The notes below the pieces were generated by a model, which had not been told where the DNA came from, did no database searches, and worked only from the letters and a program-made list of their open reading frames with translations. 60,941 nt of DNA, from positions 1 through 60,941 of IMG/VR virus record IMGVR_UViG_3300017759_000004; one strand, given 5' to 3'. The stretch's first letter is position 1; every line of letters begins with the position of its first letter. Made by a program: the position numbers and the translations under genes. Shown here one piece after another: positions 38,201 through 44,246 of this stretch. Source of the stretch: a virus. Lineage: Duplodnaviria; Caudoviricetes.

Positions 38201-41200
38201 TCACATACCAACGATACGTTCACGATCAACGTAGGTGCATCTAGTGCAGATGATCAATATACACATACCTTCTCTAGTGCTGTCACTAACGGTATAACAA
38301 AATCTGAATATACATTAACTGATTGTCAAGATGTTCAATCTACAATAGCAAACCTATTTGATATCATCACTGATACATTAACATATGCATCACAATCCCC
38401 TGCTGTAGATCATCTTGCAACTGTAACTAAATCTACACCTGCATACGAGTTTGTTGGTGGAACAATAAATGCATTCTCTGAAGTTCCATTAACAGTTGAT
38501 TATCATAATGGCACAAATGATACAATATACACAAATCAGATAGACGTAGATGCTCGTGGTAGATTCCGTGATGCTGCTAACTTAATTCGTGCAAACAGAA
38601 AAGTTATTGTAGATAAAGCAGCATATGATATGCTTACAAGATATCCTGCTCTTGCACTAGATATGCCTAGAAATGCTAATGGTACATCTACAGATGGTAC
38701 ATTACGTTGTAAGACTGACTTAGGATTAATATTAGATGGATTAGCACAAGATATTGAAGATGGTGGTAATGATGGAATACTTACTGCTGTAGGTTTCTAT
38801 ATTGGTAACAATAGTGAGTTACGTTATATCCGTCTACAGGTTCATCAGTCTGCTTATGCACATGAGAGATTAGCATTCTATGCTAAACAGGCAGTTACAG
38901 GAGATCTGGATTACACTAACACTGATGGTATTATTGTTGGTGATTGGGGTATAACAAATGATTCTGGTGGGTGTGCAAACGTTAAGACTGCAATCGATAC
39001 TCTTATTACACTACTCAATGATATTATTGCTCCTACTGCTGCAGACTTTAATACTGCTGCAGATAGAATATACTTTAACAGAGAAGGTATTAGAGCAGAA
39101 ATAACTGGATTAATGGGTGTTGAGTTTAACTACCTCCTAAACCAAGTTCAATATCAAGCGTTCCAGTTCCCAGGTGGTGCATTAGGTGAATCGGCATTCC
39201 AACAAACTCTTGAAGATATACTCATAGGTGCAATATCAGATTTACAAACTGGTGGTAATGATAGTATTATTCTAGAAATAGAGAAGTTCTTAACTTCTGC
39301 CTTAGAATACAACTATAGCACTAGTGGAGTTGAACAACTATTGATTGCAACTGTCTATGGTGTTGAGCAACTCGAAACTATTGGATTGAAAGCAATAGAT
39401 AACTTATTATACACACAAGGTGAAGATAATAGTGGTACAGCAGGTGCATACAATTTTGTACATCATAACATTGCTGCTGTTCGTGATTCATTAACATTAA
39501 GTGATGCTATATCGGTTAAGAACAGATGGAAAGAGTTAATAGAGATTGCAGTCAATATACTTTCACCTGCTAGAAAAGTTGGTAGAAGTGCTTCTAAGAA
39601 TTTACTTTACAATAAGAACTACTACTTACAAGAAATACAAACACAAACTCTTGCTCAGTTTGGTGCAGGTTCATGGACTTATGATACATTTGTAACTGAT
39701 GTTCTTGAAGATATCATACATGATTTACAAACTACAAATATTAGAACCAGTACAACCGCATATCAGATTACTATACAGAGTGTAAGTTCAACAGCATTCC
39801 AGTTAGGTGAGGTTGTTAGATCTAACATTGGAGGATATGCTACTATCCTTGAATATGAAGAAGAAACCAACTTCTTAATTGTTGGTGCATTCACAGGAAC
39901 TGCATGGGTTGCAGGTAATACATTGACAGGTAAGACATCTGGTGCAACTGCTACTATCTCTAGTGGTGGAGTTGGTACTGGATATACTTGGTATACTAAG
40001 ATTGGAAATACAAGAACTCTTGCTAATGCGAGAACAATAATATCTACTGTTTCTGGTCAAACTGCAGGTACTAACCTTTGGACTAACCCAGAGGCATACT
40101 CAGTCAACTGGACTCCTACAACCAATGTAACAATCACAGATAACGTTTCAACTCTTGCTCCTGATGATACTCAGACTGCAGAAGATGTAACTCCTAATAA
40201 TGGTCAAAATGGTCAACATGAAATTAACAGAGACTATAGTCTAACTGCATTTGAAACATTTGACTCTGGTACAACTACATTCGATAATAATACAGAATCA
40301 TTCGATACTGGTGCTGTTGGTGCAGGTGAAACTCAGACATTTACCTTCTCTGCATTTGTTAAAGAATCTGGATCACAAGGAATCAGATTCCAAATGCAAC
40401 TTGATCCAGGTGGTGCAGGTGAACAAAATATATTCTTTGATCTCAATCTTACAAATGGTACTACTGGAACATTATTCACACCTCAAGGTGGTATAACTGG
40501 TGATGCATTTGGTGCTATTCCTCTTGGAAATGGTTGGTTCAGATGTTATATTACTGCTACATTCTCCTTCGGATTTACAACCTTAAGGAACAAGTTTATT
40601 ATTAAGAGTTCTACTGGCGGTAGTGTTTGGACTGGTGATGCTTCTACTGGTATTCTTGTTTGGGGTGCTAAACTTACTAAGAATGCTCTTGATCCATATC
40701 AAGCACAAAGTGGTAAGTTATTCTACGCTGATACTGGATTTAACACTAAGAACTACATTCTTGACTTGCTACAAACATATATGTTGGCATCTCTTGATGG
40801 TACACTCACATCTCCTGCTCCAAACTCAGGATTCTATTCATTCTATGATAGTACTGCTGCAGCAGACTACAGTAAACCATCTGTTGCTGCAGTTGTCAGA
40901 TACTTAATCAAGATTATTAAAGATCAATTAGTTGATGATAGTACATACATACAAATCACAACAAATAGAAATATTGAACTTCCAACTAAGGTTTATACTA
41001 CTGGAAGAACTATACCAGTGTCTATCAAAGGTGGAGCAAATAATGCTGATTATGTTTATGGTTTATTAAGTAACACATACGCTGAAATTGAGAATATAAC
41101 TCTAAACCAAGGTTATGTTGTTCAAGTATATTCAAGATTTAGAATTGATGGTAATATAACTGATGGTCCATACACAATGAATGAAACTGTTGCAAAACAG

Positions 41201-42976
41201 GGTGCATCATCTATCACAGGTACTGTGTACGGATTCTTTGAAGATGCTAACTTCAAGTATCTTGATGTTAAGATTACCGCAGGTCCATGGGCAATATCAG
41301 ATAATGTTGTTGGTGCAACTAACTCTACTACTGCTCAGATTAGTGCTATTGAAACTCGTGTTCACATCATTGATCTTAAGGGTGACTTTGTTGCTGACAT
41401 CCCATTCAAAGGTTATACATCTGGTGCTATCGCACAACCTACATCATTCTTAAAAGTACAGGCATCTGTAACTGATAACACAGGTGGTAAGTTGACTGTT
41501 GATACTGAAACATTATTAGGTTCATTTGAAACTACTGCTGTTGTATATCCAGAGTCTTCTAGACAATACATTGTAGTAAGTAAGTATGCAGGTCTTGATA
41601 TCGGTGTTGGTGATAGAATTGCATCAAGAGGATATAAGAGATTTGGTATTAACATTATTAGTAATCTTAACAACTTCTCAGTTGGTAACAGACTTTATAA
41701 GGTTGTATCTGGTGTTCAAGATTCTGCCACATATGGTATTATCACTGACGTAGATATTGCTAACAACTACGTCTACATGATTGAGTATCAAGGAACATTT
41801 ACTAATGGTGATCAAATAGGTGATTATGGTTTAGCAGCATCATTCCCAGTTGGATATGCTTCTATCTCAACTATAGTTACAACTGCAGGTGCAGGTGCTG
41901 CTCTTGTACAAGACGTTCGTGTTGATGGTATTAACAAGCGTCTATACCTAAGTGATGTTACAGGATCATTTGGTGTTAGAGATGCTATTAAGGGACCAGA
42001 TTCATACGGTGCTGTTATCTTCTCACAAGTTGATCTTAAGGCAAGAGTCAAGAGATCATTTAAAGGATTTGATGGAACTACAACAACGTTCCCACTTACT
42101 ATTACAAATGGTACTACTTACCTCCCAGATCCCGCAGGACACCTCCTAATATTCGTTAATGGTATATTGCAACCTCCAGGTGCTACTAACGCATACACAG
42201 CGTTCTCCAACCAGATTCAGTTTACTGAACCACCAGATCTAGGAGCATCTTTCACTGGATTCTACATTGGTAAACTAAGACAGTTAGATGATATTTCATT
42301 CGAGTTTGACTCATTGAGACAATCATTCAACTTGAAACGTAATGATGTATTCTACTCATTGACACTAACTGATGGTGTACAATCTAGTGTGATAAGACCT
42401 GAGAACAACATTATTTGTTCACTCAATGGTGTTATCCAAGAACCTGGAGTTGGATTTGAAATTGTTGGTTCTAGAATTATCTTCTCTGAAGTTCCTAGAT
42501 TTGGATCAACATTTGTTGCCTTCTCATACGTTGGTTCTGAGGCAGACGTTGACGCTGCTGAAGTTGTACCACCGATTGAACCTGGTGACTTTATTGACAT
42601 TCAAGGTGAGACTGCAGATAGAGAAGTTGCTGTTATTGAATCATCAAACTCTCTAATCACATTTGATTATCTTGGATCTGTATTCGGTCAAAACGCAACT
42701 GCAACTGCGGTCTTGACATCTGGATTCATTGACACAGTTCAAGTTACTAATGGAGGTTCTGGTTACACAACCAGACCTACTGTTAGAATAGATTCCATCT
42801 CTGGTTTTGATGGAAATATCCGTGCACTAGTTGGTGTTGCAGGTATTGAACTGAGTGCAACTGGTTCTGGTTACTCAAATCCAGACATCGCTGTTGAGAC
42901 TTCGGTCCCTGATGACTGGGTTGCTCCAGACATTTCAACTTACGGTGAAGAGTTAGTTGACCCCGAAACCCCATAA
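23213..42976 (+). CDS. gp7: Giant (6587 aa) gp7-like baseplate wedge initiator with many inserted domains
   Basis: Position between gp6 and gp8; core motifs FLEYYY (N-term), KDFYSSKGT..S..YLFKLLYGE (~25280), IQDSYYYQDFSY...HPA.FKVFG (~33550-33670); inserted Gly-rich repeats, YHYH-type domain, two LamG-like domains, HTFVS/YPR repeats, helical repeats. Confidence 0.85.
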   Translation: MNINKVSQSIVSQSPDFIGSEYPLFNKFLEYYYKSQEKTGLGQNILNNFLQYLDIDKLDIGILDGQTTVVEAINATDDKIVVESVDPFLEKNGSILIGDEVIFYEDVENAPNISLAPGISYDQVKLKWTTLATIITQFNGNTTSFPLTSQDSPIGPPSAQHLIVSLYGQILIPNTDYTVSGSNIVFTTAPRTKLPADDAGETYIYYLSGFVESTIYGLDNLSGAFGDGKKQFTMTRNGVSYEPQNEEYLNVIYDNRLLVPKVDYFIDKNQFIFKTAPLNGRFLSIHSIEAPIPSFGSGAVGFARISDTGTLTSVSSSAIGSGYRFEYPPQVSINSAAGSGASATALVNGLKSITLLDGGKGYSTTNPPVVQVQTPTKAGSSQATITATVADGAVTGLNITNSGSGYTFTPRITFIQPGGAKLGTPVLSNEQIASIPVTANGFGYTTAPTVYVDEPTGSNPIKAALRANLTSEGKVGSISVLNAGQGYTTSPRVAIVDPVGAQILETVVDGDGRVIRVDLLNGGSGFDDVPSVYIVDNRTNGGTGATAVASIFNGQITDINITAFGSGYSAATPPEIVIQSPPSAKSSAEIGLNEVTGFAVTENGSGYKKAAFTGCARAASGITSYTEDGNAVFTSNTTAAPAIVGASVKCLDALFVKRLLDKYTEQFLPDVPELDYSKIDVRTSIKTVKDFYSSKGTSFSIAYLFKLLYGESVSVTYPKDQIIKPSAATWSIDTILRATKVSGDATNIRDGLLTQDADIADPNVLAASALVENYISIKTSDVEIFELVLSEETITGTFTVPYKTKLAEPLNTTDSIITVDSTVGWPERNGEFVIGSGTRTEVVQYKEKSLNQFIECTRSANGVVEDWDSATQVSSNFTVYVNKGTLQEVVMNIVGIVDAQQTTLVDTGSYYLPGDKLTVSKLGGTSLDPHLTTWLYNVKKLIQVTGITFGGVNNQFATVTCANNHGLLVGDQVTVYGANPIIYNGSFLVTSRDTSTVFQYQLPQPATVVPQGNILVSVDLNKGKSDSTAVFNAIGPYTTNVQNSFFNTTYAYLASTGIPNYKIGPFPGSALLPGNQRKLNRFPIVSTTISTKNTISPGPIGTWVNGVSIWSYKSTRKKTFGAVTSVGITNAGSGYDAASPPVLTISGGGGTGATAAVVVNGSVSEITVTTGGTGFTSSPLVSIVGGGGSGAAATAIITKGVVSRILINSGGTGYTSQPQITIVGGGGSGAAATASVRGPIQSVAISAGGTSYTSTPTVTLSSGSGAVAQAIVNNGRIISIAIISAGSGYTTAPEITIQGAGFGAVARATIDTDGENAGRVTGITIVNRGISYVQGTTVISLNSVGAGASFNANVFEWTYNLQKSTTFDSAKGSVFEGYNNQYGGEYAHLSNPQTLRYILGDNLFENTAGLIKEKEDGLEHSPIIGWAFDGNPIYGPYGYSDPTDQSSSIAKLNTSYRLKTNLVYNVDSNPTPVRTAGPLLTAEVAGNFVEDYEYVFGLGALDQYNGRFCKTPDYPTGRYCYFVTIDSTEDGGALFPYVLGPDFNSVVDTWNLSATAIQQNIPTGVVRYRDPYENVDIDVERAPNASTNALTLENGDILLFEIEDEDRSGVIEADETADPDQVFEESPLQLFDYFPTVKLDSKVDIEVETTTKFEDASVTGFTVENPGISYQVNDRLIFDNTDTDGSGVSARISRIVGETVEAYTFENISGNNFGVLTTVNPHNLQAGDSVFVDYTPVMANTNKTYSVRQFKGIEEIVINTTGSGYNSDIPPTIIIDGNGTGGQLEAVVTSVGSIETVNIVNSGFGYTSNPRVILSHPQVFKKADYYIAKFSNAQYVKVNDVYVNSDKEVYLCGKTKDSSGNAVAFLAKLSASGVKEWEKTLELATGQEESEFIRLFVDGHDIWVVGENRPNSSILSQYNPDIVLAKYVEASNGLTATLSFQKGYAGISGSTRADHITCIKKYSSTRFIIGGFTNTNSGAPYDAFIASIDTSGNFAIKRKLASSNKSEKITDIIVNGTDVYASLEIAATSSAADIDVAVAKISFGTTVITVDWVNQYANSLYSILNSSLDIDEFNEIYITGGLRLKADDATRDSWWVGKIDTTGALIWNYRYLAPGRDLTMAATSAIDIFGDLNVAFTRIDNTSTLTTIDTVKIGYDGKIKNHTTNQSTANKIEGLTVHSIDVDNSGDIHAVGQTQWNRNEFLFPFTAGSTADSTTAYTLTSTSTSNSITYADNVAKINGYQTGQTSWTQANLQITSAQLGTKLASDFTIEMMVYKDSTVTSVSPTQQTLIGIGDAEVATGGLWLYYDISGGKLELVITNSSTKLNSASGAAQSALSNMYADNTWQFIGLKKEGNVYTVYVNGIQVIQSTIAGTSLGSKDLYIGQYPGRSGTIGNFRANEQGQFFVDNLRLRNRAVTPTVPSDVSALPTAGAFGFAYSWTNTAWFTTNTNRYDLIDFEGFALKSDKNADAARIGTISTGTNTQIGFTRTAVTPVTGSTLTIQNTGYALSEAGFQSLDFDDATITMTEGTQTLTYTQDIWSSRTATVPSPGSQKLSVSAVVKDRYFFKVTPTIKIDNVQKLTINQAFNFSIGSKLRLNNSSGVFVNSGYVVRRDVDNNQIYLAVNNNTWTDDLNTGQLVTEQFSEQSTYGIVGPIPNDINIIEGYTFATITNTTPGTFDIDLNDFNLDGTTSTGSGNLDSFAKFKPFATADYSVRIDEVSGSSAYIVGSVVQLTSGDISFNTAYSTTQITNLTGVLKITLVANLDKILQVTAVANSDEVYVITNTSHYLSTGDMIYVDGNPSQTIGSTVYDEYDGAFAVNRVISPLEFVYKLPTVAQTSPATSASSVNIFVKSPVLKMYYGHQYIFDLSHSSLVGGNLSFAKDSLYKLEYSFNSIERVGTPGVTGAGQPNPSVTLKVDETIVTNISYYFDPSRTGSDSPVVAGSYLDVVDSPYKGVFEISSVAGATITRGADIIKYPLLNEPEGAADINQATYATSSLRAVGSINAVRIVNPGGFYTRLPIVTSIQSTRQIERVQINNPGTEYAVGTYSSVPIGGDGEGGFVEIIVADGTDANGVTIPGQINSVVVTSPGKNYTTATIDIEAISGILGSGLTGSGAEIVVVIPPFGSGASIFTKGDSVGKIKKLKNNNFGYDYPHDYTLRPEITFPINAQLTSTSILDSITVTDPGTGYSQAPAVVITGGGGSGAIAEASIKNGRLDTIIVKDPGAGYSSTPAVNLRSSFNYVVNLDLGLLQFAFPHGIANGSAVTLNVVDTGEGADFPLSAGATGRLNSSTTYYAISGTANSLETDQLKLAITAANAALGDALSYVNAGTGRQQVLTESFGGAATANVITSTFLEGELVYQGDSLATSTAQGYVSTNSGWQIGPRVLKIVDYTGTFSQGSRITGVISKSSGIMSDIKVATGVLEIGSITKTTGQFIDDVGKPSEIIQKIQDSYYYQDFSYAVKSAVSIGDWKEILIKNVHPASFKVFGELDLNDYGVIPNKETAFQLTKSVELARDAIVPNIQNFALVEPVYSEFNNTEVLFRQKRLTSSENILTSVVQRLDDISTQFDGQKISFPLTVDGNNVVANANQLMIVLNGVVQTPGTAFELQGDAIVFSEPPQPPASIKYVNVTINQIATKTVTFNNISGIFPTIGMALVGTSSGARLTVTKITGNDIDGFITQGTFTLGELATVGATGFAANIGTVTDVSNIGLFVFGENVSNLTSNTAKVEQINLQSGAETPLAQLRYTIGASTTSIEMVAYRTDNTAADAPVTAGTFVTGKNYQVESEIFLVNTIVQNNNSTTLTVTRAQNGTAAVSHQEYNPIYGTDITVTNTLTLSKTAGTYQSTPGLFDIVLNDYIIGAQSGVVAQITATSTYQDPTTNEFIGQVNISEGSSFFGLLFNRITSQTYPNIVLDNISQSQIGIVNFTDNLTAFDSSFPANEQVNNYVIPYDNLTGTFQENEYIRNYKIDYGNNNGDFLATEGARIRKLTITDRIGDGIFQTGQVIRSRDSKAEVVGYNQARNTIYLGKIGRSQRGGLDYNPPTWYGEAQIDTSTKKFGTGSLLLGRANHTHTFVSGVTNGIQASNGATSTHTAQTGTSYDPEAGTLVINIGTHSLTTSNKVTIADSAITFTCTADSNTTNHPYPRSTDPASGQALTISAVTSDTITVSVGVAQVTLDYLNVDSSSDFAWGTAAFTIELYVKAAAASISGVTTLLDFRTTANDVAGRLYTNGGQVRYNVNNSDLVTSGATVLATDTWTHIVVQKTSTTVKIFLDGTERGTGTDSQNYAAKPLRIGADYAGANAFFGHIDELRLSSESRYSTIPFTPQNGMFQGDANTKLLWHFDGADKQVFLEDWSGAPDFTIDEYVNNDAIRATARLIGGVHTFVSATTNAISVTGSSSFTPTAVDYDATTGLMEINIGSHSYTTSDTITIAANSLTFTCTKDNNATNHSYPRVTDPSYGATLAITAVTGDTITVNVGLASRGFDQKTHRYINAADLLILNYDYIANEAVYIMKERYPFFTIVGGEVNCEDDVRDILKAMVEDLRNGSNSHTWDAAALYVNRTTNPITLLHVSDDLKESLYTYDIVEKLARFVINNHPWSTLGDHGLTQKYDTTITESNYLTQSVTQFTPSTATYNPATGDMVVTSNGHGLTSDTNLTASNATYNAATGVLNITSNSHNLATGDKIQLADNSLTFTCSMDSNATNHTYPRAKDPAAQGWQEVTRVDANNFTIDVGKSPIVNYQPTGATYDPSTGVAVLTLPDNNLGIGTYVKVTANSLTFARGTGGNGTLPATDKYVNITQNGVTSTATGATYSTSDGVLVITQNAHGFVVGDKIRIADNSLSFTCTKDGNHETKTYPRSTDPFSGRWLRITAKTDNTFTVNVGPSSAADQYVHTFVSAAANGIIKRDNTITVNIGTDSNTSTHTFSSALSNTVITGGNYTHAFVSATTNGITVSGDSVFLADGAVSFTCSKDGNSKITAYPRKTDPASKQVLKISSHTNDTFTINVGASSADDQYTHTFSSAVTNGITKSEYTLTDCQDVQSTIANLFDIITDTLTYASQSPAVDHLATVTKSTPAYEFVGGTINAFSEVPLTVDYHNGTNDTIYTNQIDVDARGRFRDAANLIRANRKVIVDKAAYDMLTRYPALALDMPRNANGTSTDGTLRCKTDLGLILDGLAQDIEDGGNDGILTAVGFYIGNNSELRYIRLQVHQSAYAHERLAFYAKQAVTGDLDYTNTDGIIVGDWGITNDSGGCANVKTAIDTLITLLNDIIAPTAADFNTAADRIYFNREGIRAEITGLMGVEFNYLLNQVQYQAFQFPGGALGESAFQQTLEDILIGAISDLQTGGNDSIILEIEKFLTSALEYNYSTSGVEQLLIATVYGVEQLETIGLKAIDNLLYTQGEDNSGTAGAYNFVHHNIAAVRDSLTLSDAISVKNRWKELIEIAVNILSPARKVGRSASKNLLYNKNYYLQEIQTQTLAQFGAGSWTYDTFVTDVLEDIIHDLQTTNIRTSTTAYQITIQSVSSTAFQLGEVVRSNIGGYATILEYEEETNFLIVGAFTGTAWVAGNTLTGKTSGATATISSGGVGTGYTWYTKIGNTRTLANARTIISTVSGQTAGTNLWTNPEAYSVNWTPTTNVTITDNVSTLAPDDTQTAEDVTPNNGQNGQHEINRDYSLTAFETFDSGTTTFDNNTESFDTGAVGAGETQTFTFSAFVKESGSQGIRFQMQLDPGGAGEQNIFFDLNLTNGTTGTLFTPQGGITGDAFGAIPLGNGWFRCYITATFSFGFTTLRNKFIIKSSTGGSVWTGDASTGILVWGAKLTKNALDPYQAQSGKLFYADTGFNTKNYILDLLQTYMLASLDGTLTSPAPNSGFYSFYDSTAAADYSKPSVAAVVRYLIKIIKDQLVDDSTYIQITTNRNIELPTKVYTTGRTIPVSIKGGANNADYVYGLLSNTYAEIENITLNQGYVVQVYSRFRIDGNITDGPYTMNETVAKQGASSITGTVYGFFEDANFKYLDVKITAGPWAISDNVVGATNSTTAQISAIETRVHIIDLKGDFVADIPFKGYTSGAIAQPTSFLKVQASVTDNTGGKLTVDTETLLGSFETTAVVYPESSRQYIVVSKYAGLDIGVGDRIASRGYKRFGINIISNLNNFSVGNRLYKVVSGVQDSATYGIITDVDIANNYVYMIEYQGTFTNGDQIGDYGLAASFPVGYASISTIVTTAGAGAALVQDVRVDGINKRLYLSDVTGSFGVRDAIKGPDSYGAVIFSQVDLKARVKRSFKGFDGTTTTFPLTITNGTTYLPDPAGHLLIFVNGILQPPGATNAYTAFSNQIQFTEPPDLGASFTGFYIGKLRQLDDISFEFDSLRQSFNLKRNDVFYSLTLTDGVQSSVIRPENNIICSLNGVIQEPGVGFEIVGSRIIFSEVPRFGSTFVAFSYVGSEADVDAAEVVPPIEPGDFIDIQGETADREVAVIESSNSLITFDYLGSVFGQNATATAVLTSGFIDTVQVTNGGSGYTTRPTVRIDSISGFDGNIRALVGVAGIELSATGSGYSNPDIAVETSVPDDWVAPDISTYGEELVDPETP

Positions 42977-42979
42977 ATA
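42973..42979 (+). promoter_or_regulatory. Late promoter
   Basis: ATAAATA overlapping the gp7 stop codon. Confidence 0.7.
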
Positions 42980-42998
42980 ACTAAAATTGTAGCGAACA

Positions 42999-44243
42999 AT
43001 GGCAAAACAGTCGATAGGTCTAGGATCTGCTGCTAACGACAACACGGGAGATACCCTGAGAGTCGGAGGCGATAAGGTCAATGACAACTTTAATGAAATA
43101 TATACCGCACTAGGAAATGGTACGACACTTACTGTCGATACCACAAACCCTGCTGTGGGACAGGTATTAAGATATAACGGTAGTACATTTCTACCATCAG
43201 ATTACACTAACCTCACTGCAGCGTTGGATGTAAATGGAAACTCTATTGTTTCTTCAAGTAATGGTAATATTGCAGTTGCTTCAAATGGATCTGGAGACAT
43301 CACTCTCGCTGCAGGTGGTGTTACTTCTACATTCGATGGTGCTACTGGAACTATTCTCTTTCCCACATCAATAACATATGATAATGAATATAGTGCATTA
43401 GGTGGTGCTCCTGCAGTTGGAACGTATAGAGGATATTTCTTTACAGTAAGTGGTGATGATAATCCATATGTAAATATGAATATTACTGCAGGTGGTGTAG
43501 GTAATGCTCAAGTAAAATTAGTAACTGAAAAATCAAGTATAAATTTATTATCCGACGTCGATACAACTACAACACCTCCTAATAATGATCAAGTTTTAAA
43601 ATGGAGCACTAGTAGTAGCAAATGGTTACCTGCTGATGATGCTGCAGGTATTGGTAGTATTAACGTATTCGCCTCTGTTGCAGGTGACACTGGATCTACA
43701 ACTGCTAACAGTCAAACAGACACACTAACTATTGCAGGTGGTACTAACATTACTACTGCAGTTGTTGGAGACACTGTAACAGTGAACTTCTCTGGAACTT
43801 TGACAACAACACTTGCTGCTCTGACTGATACTAATACATCAGGTTTAACTCAAGGTGATATGTTGTACTGGTCTGGATCTGAATGGATTCCAACTCCTAC
43901 ATCTGGTCCTATCATTTGGTATGAGGTAGGTGCACCTGTAGAGAACGCAAGTAGTGACTTCCTAATCAACGGACCTGGACTTCCTGCAGGAGAAAACCGT
44001 GACCCAACGCTGTATCTGCATAGAGGATTTACTTATGCATTTGATAATACAGTTGAGGGTGGAGGACACCCATTTAGGATTCAATCCACACAGGGTTTAT
44101 CAGGAACACCATATACAACAGGACAGACTGGTAGTATAACTGCAGTATTATACTGGACAATTCCTTTTGATGCTCCATCAACTCTTTATTATCAATGTAC
44201 ACTCCATGCTGCAATGCAAGGAACCATTAACATAGTATCATAA
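42999..44243 (+). CDS. gp9/gp10-like baseplate-fibre connector with C-terminal cupredoxin-like domain
   Basis: N-terminal MAKQ.I..G.AANDNTGDTLR.GG.KVNDNF.EIY (gp9/gp10 N-terminus); L..L.D.. and Q.L.W....W fibre repeats; C-terminal HPF...YYQCTLHAAM. Confidence 0.8.
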   Translation: MAKQSIGLGSAANDNTGDTLRVGGDKVNDNFNEIYTALGNGTTLTVDTTNPAVGQVLRYNGSTFLPSDYTNLTAALDVNGNSIVSSSNGNIAVASNGSGDITLAAGGVTSTFDGATGTILFPTSITYDNEYSALGGAPAVGTYRGYFFTVSGDDNPYVNMNITAGGVGNAQVKLVTEKSSINLLSDVDTTTTPPNNDQVLKWSTSSSKWLPADDAAGIGSINVFASVAGDTGSTTANSQTDTLTIAGGTNITTAVVGDTVTVNFSGTLTTTLAALTDTNTSGLTQGDMLYWSGSEWIPTPTSGPIIWYEVGAPVENASSDFLINGPGLPAGENRDPTLYLHRGFTYAFDNTVEGGGHPFRIQSTQGLSGTPYTTGQTGSITAVLYWTIPFDAPSTLYYQCTLHAAMQGTINIVS

Positions 44244-44246
44244 TAA

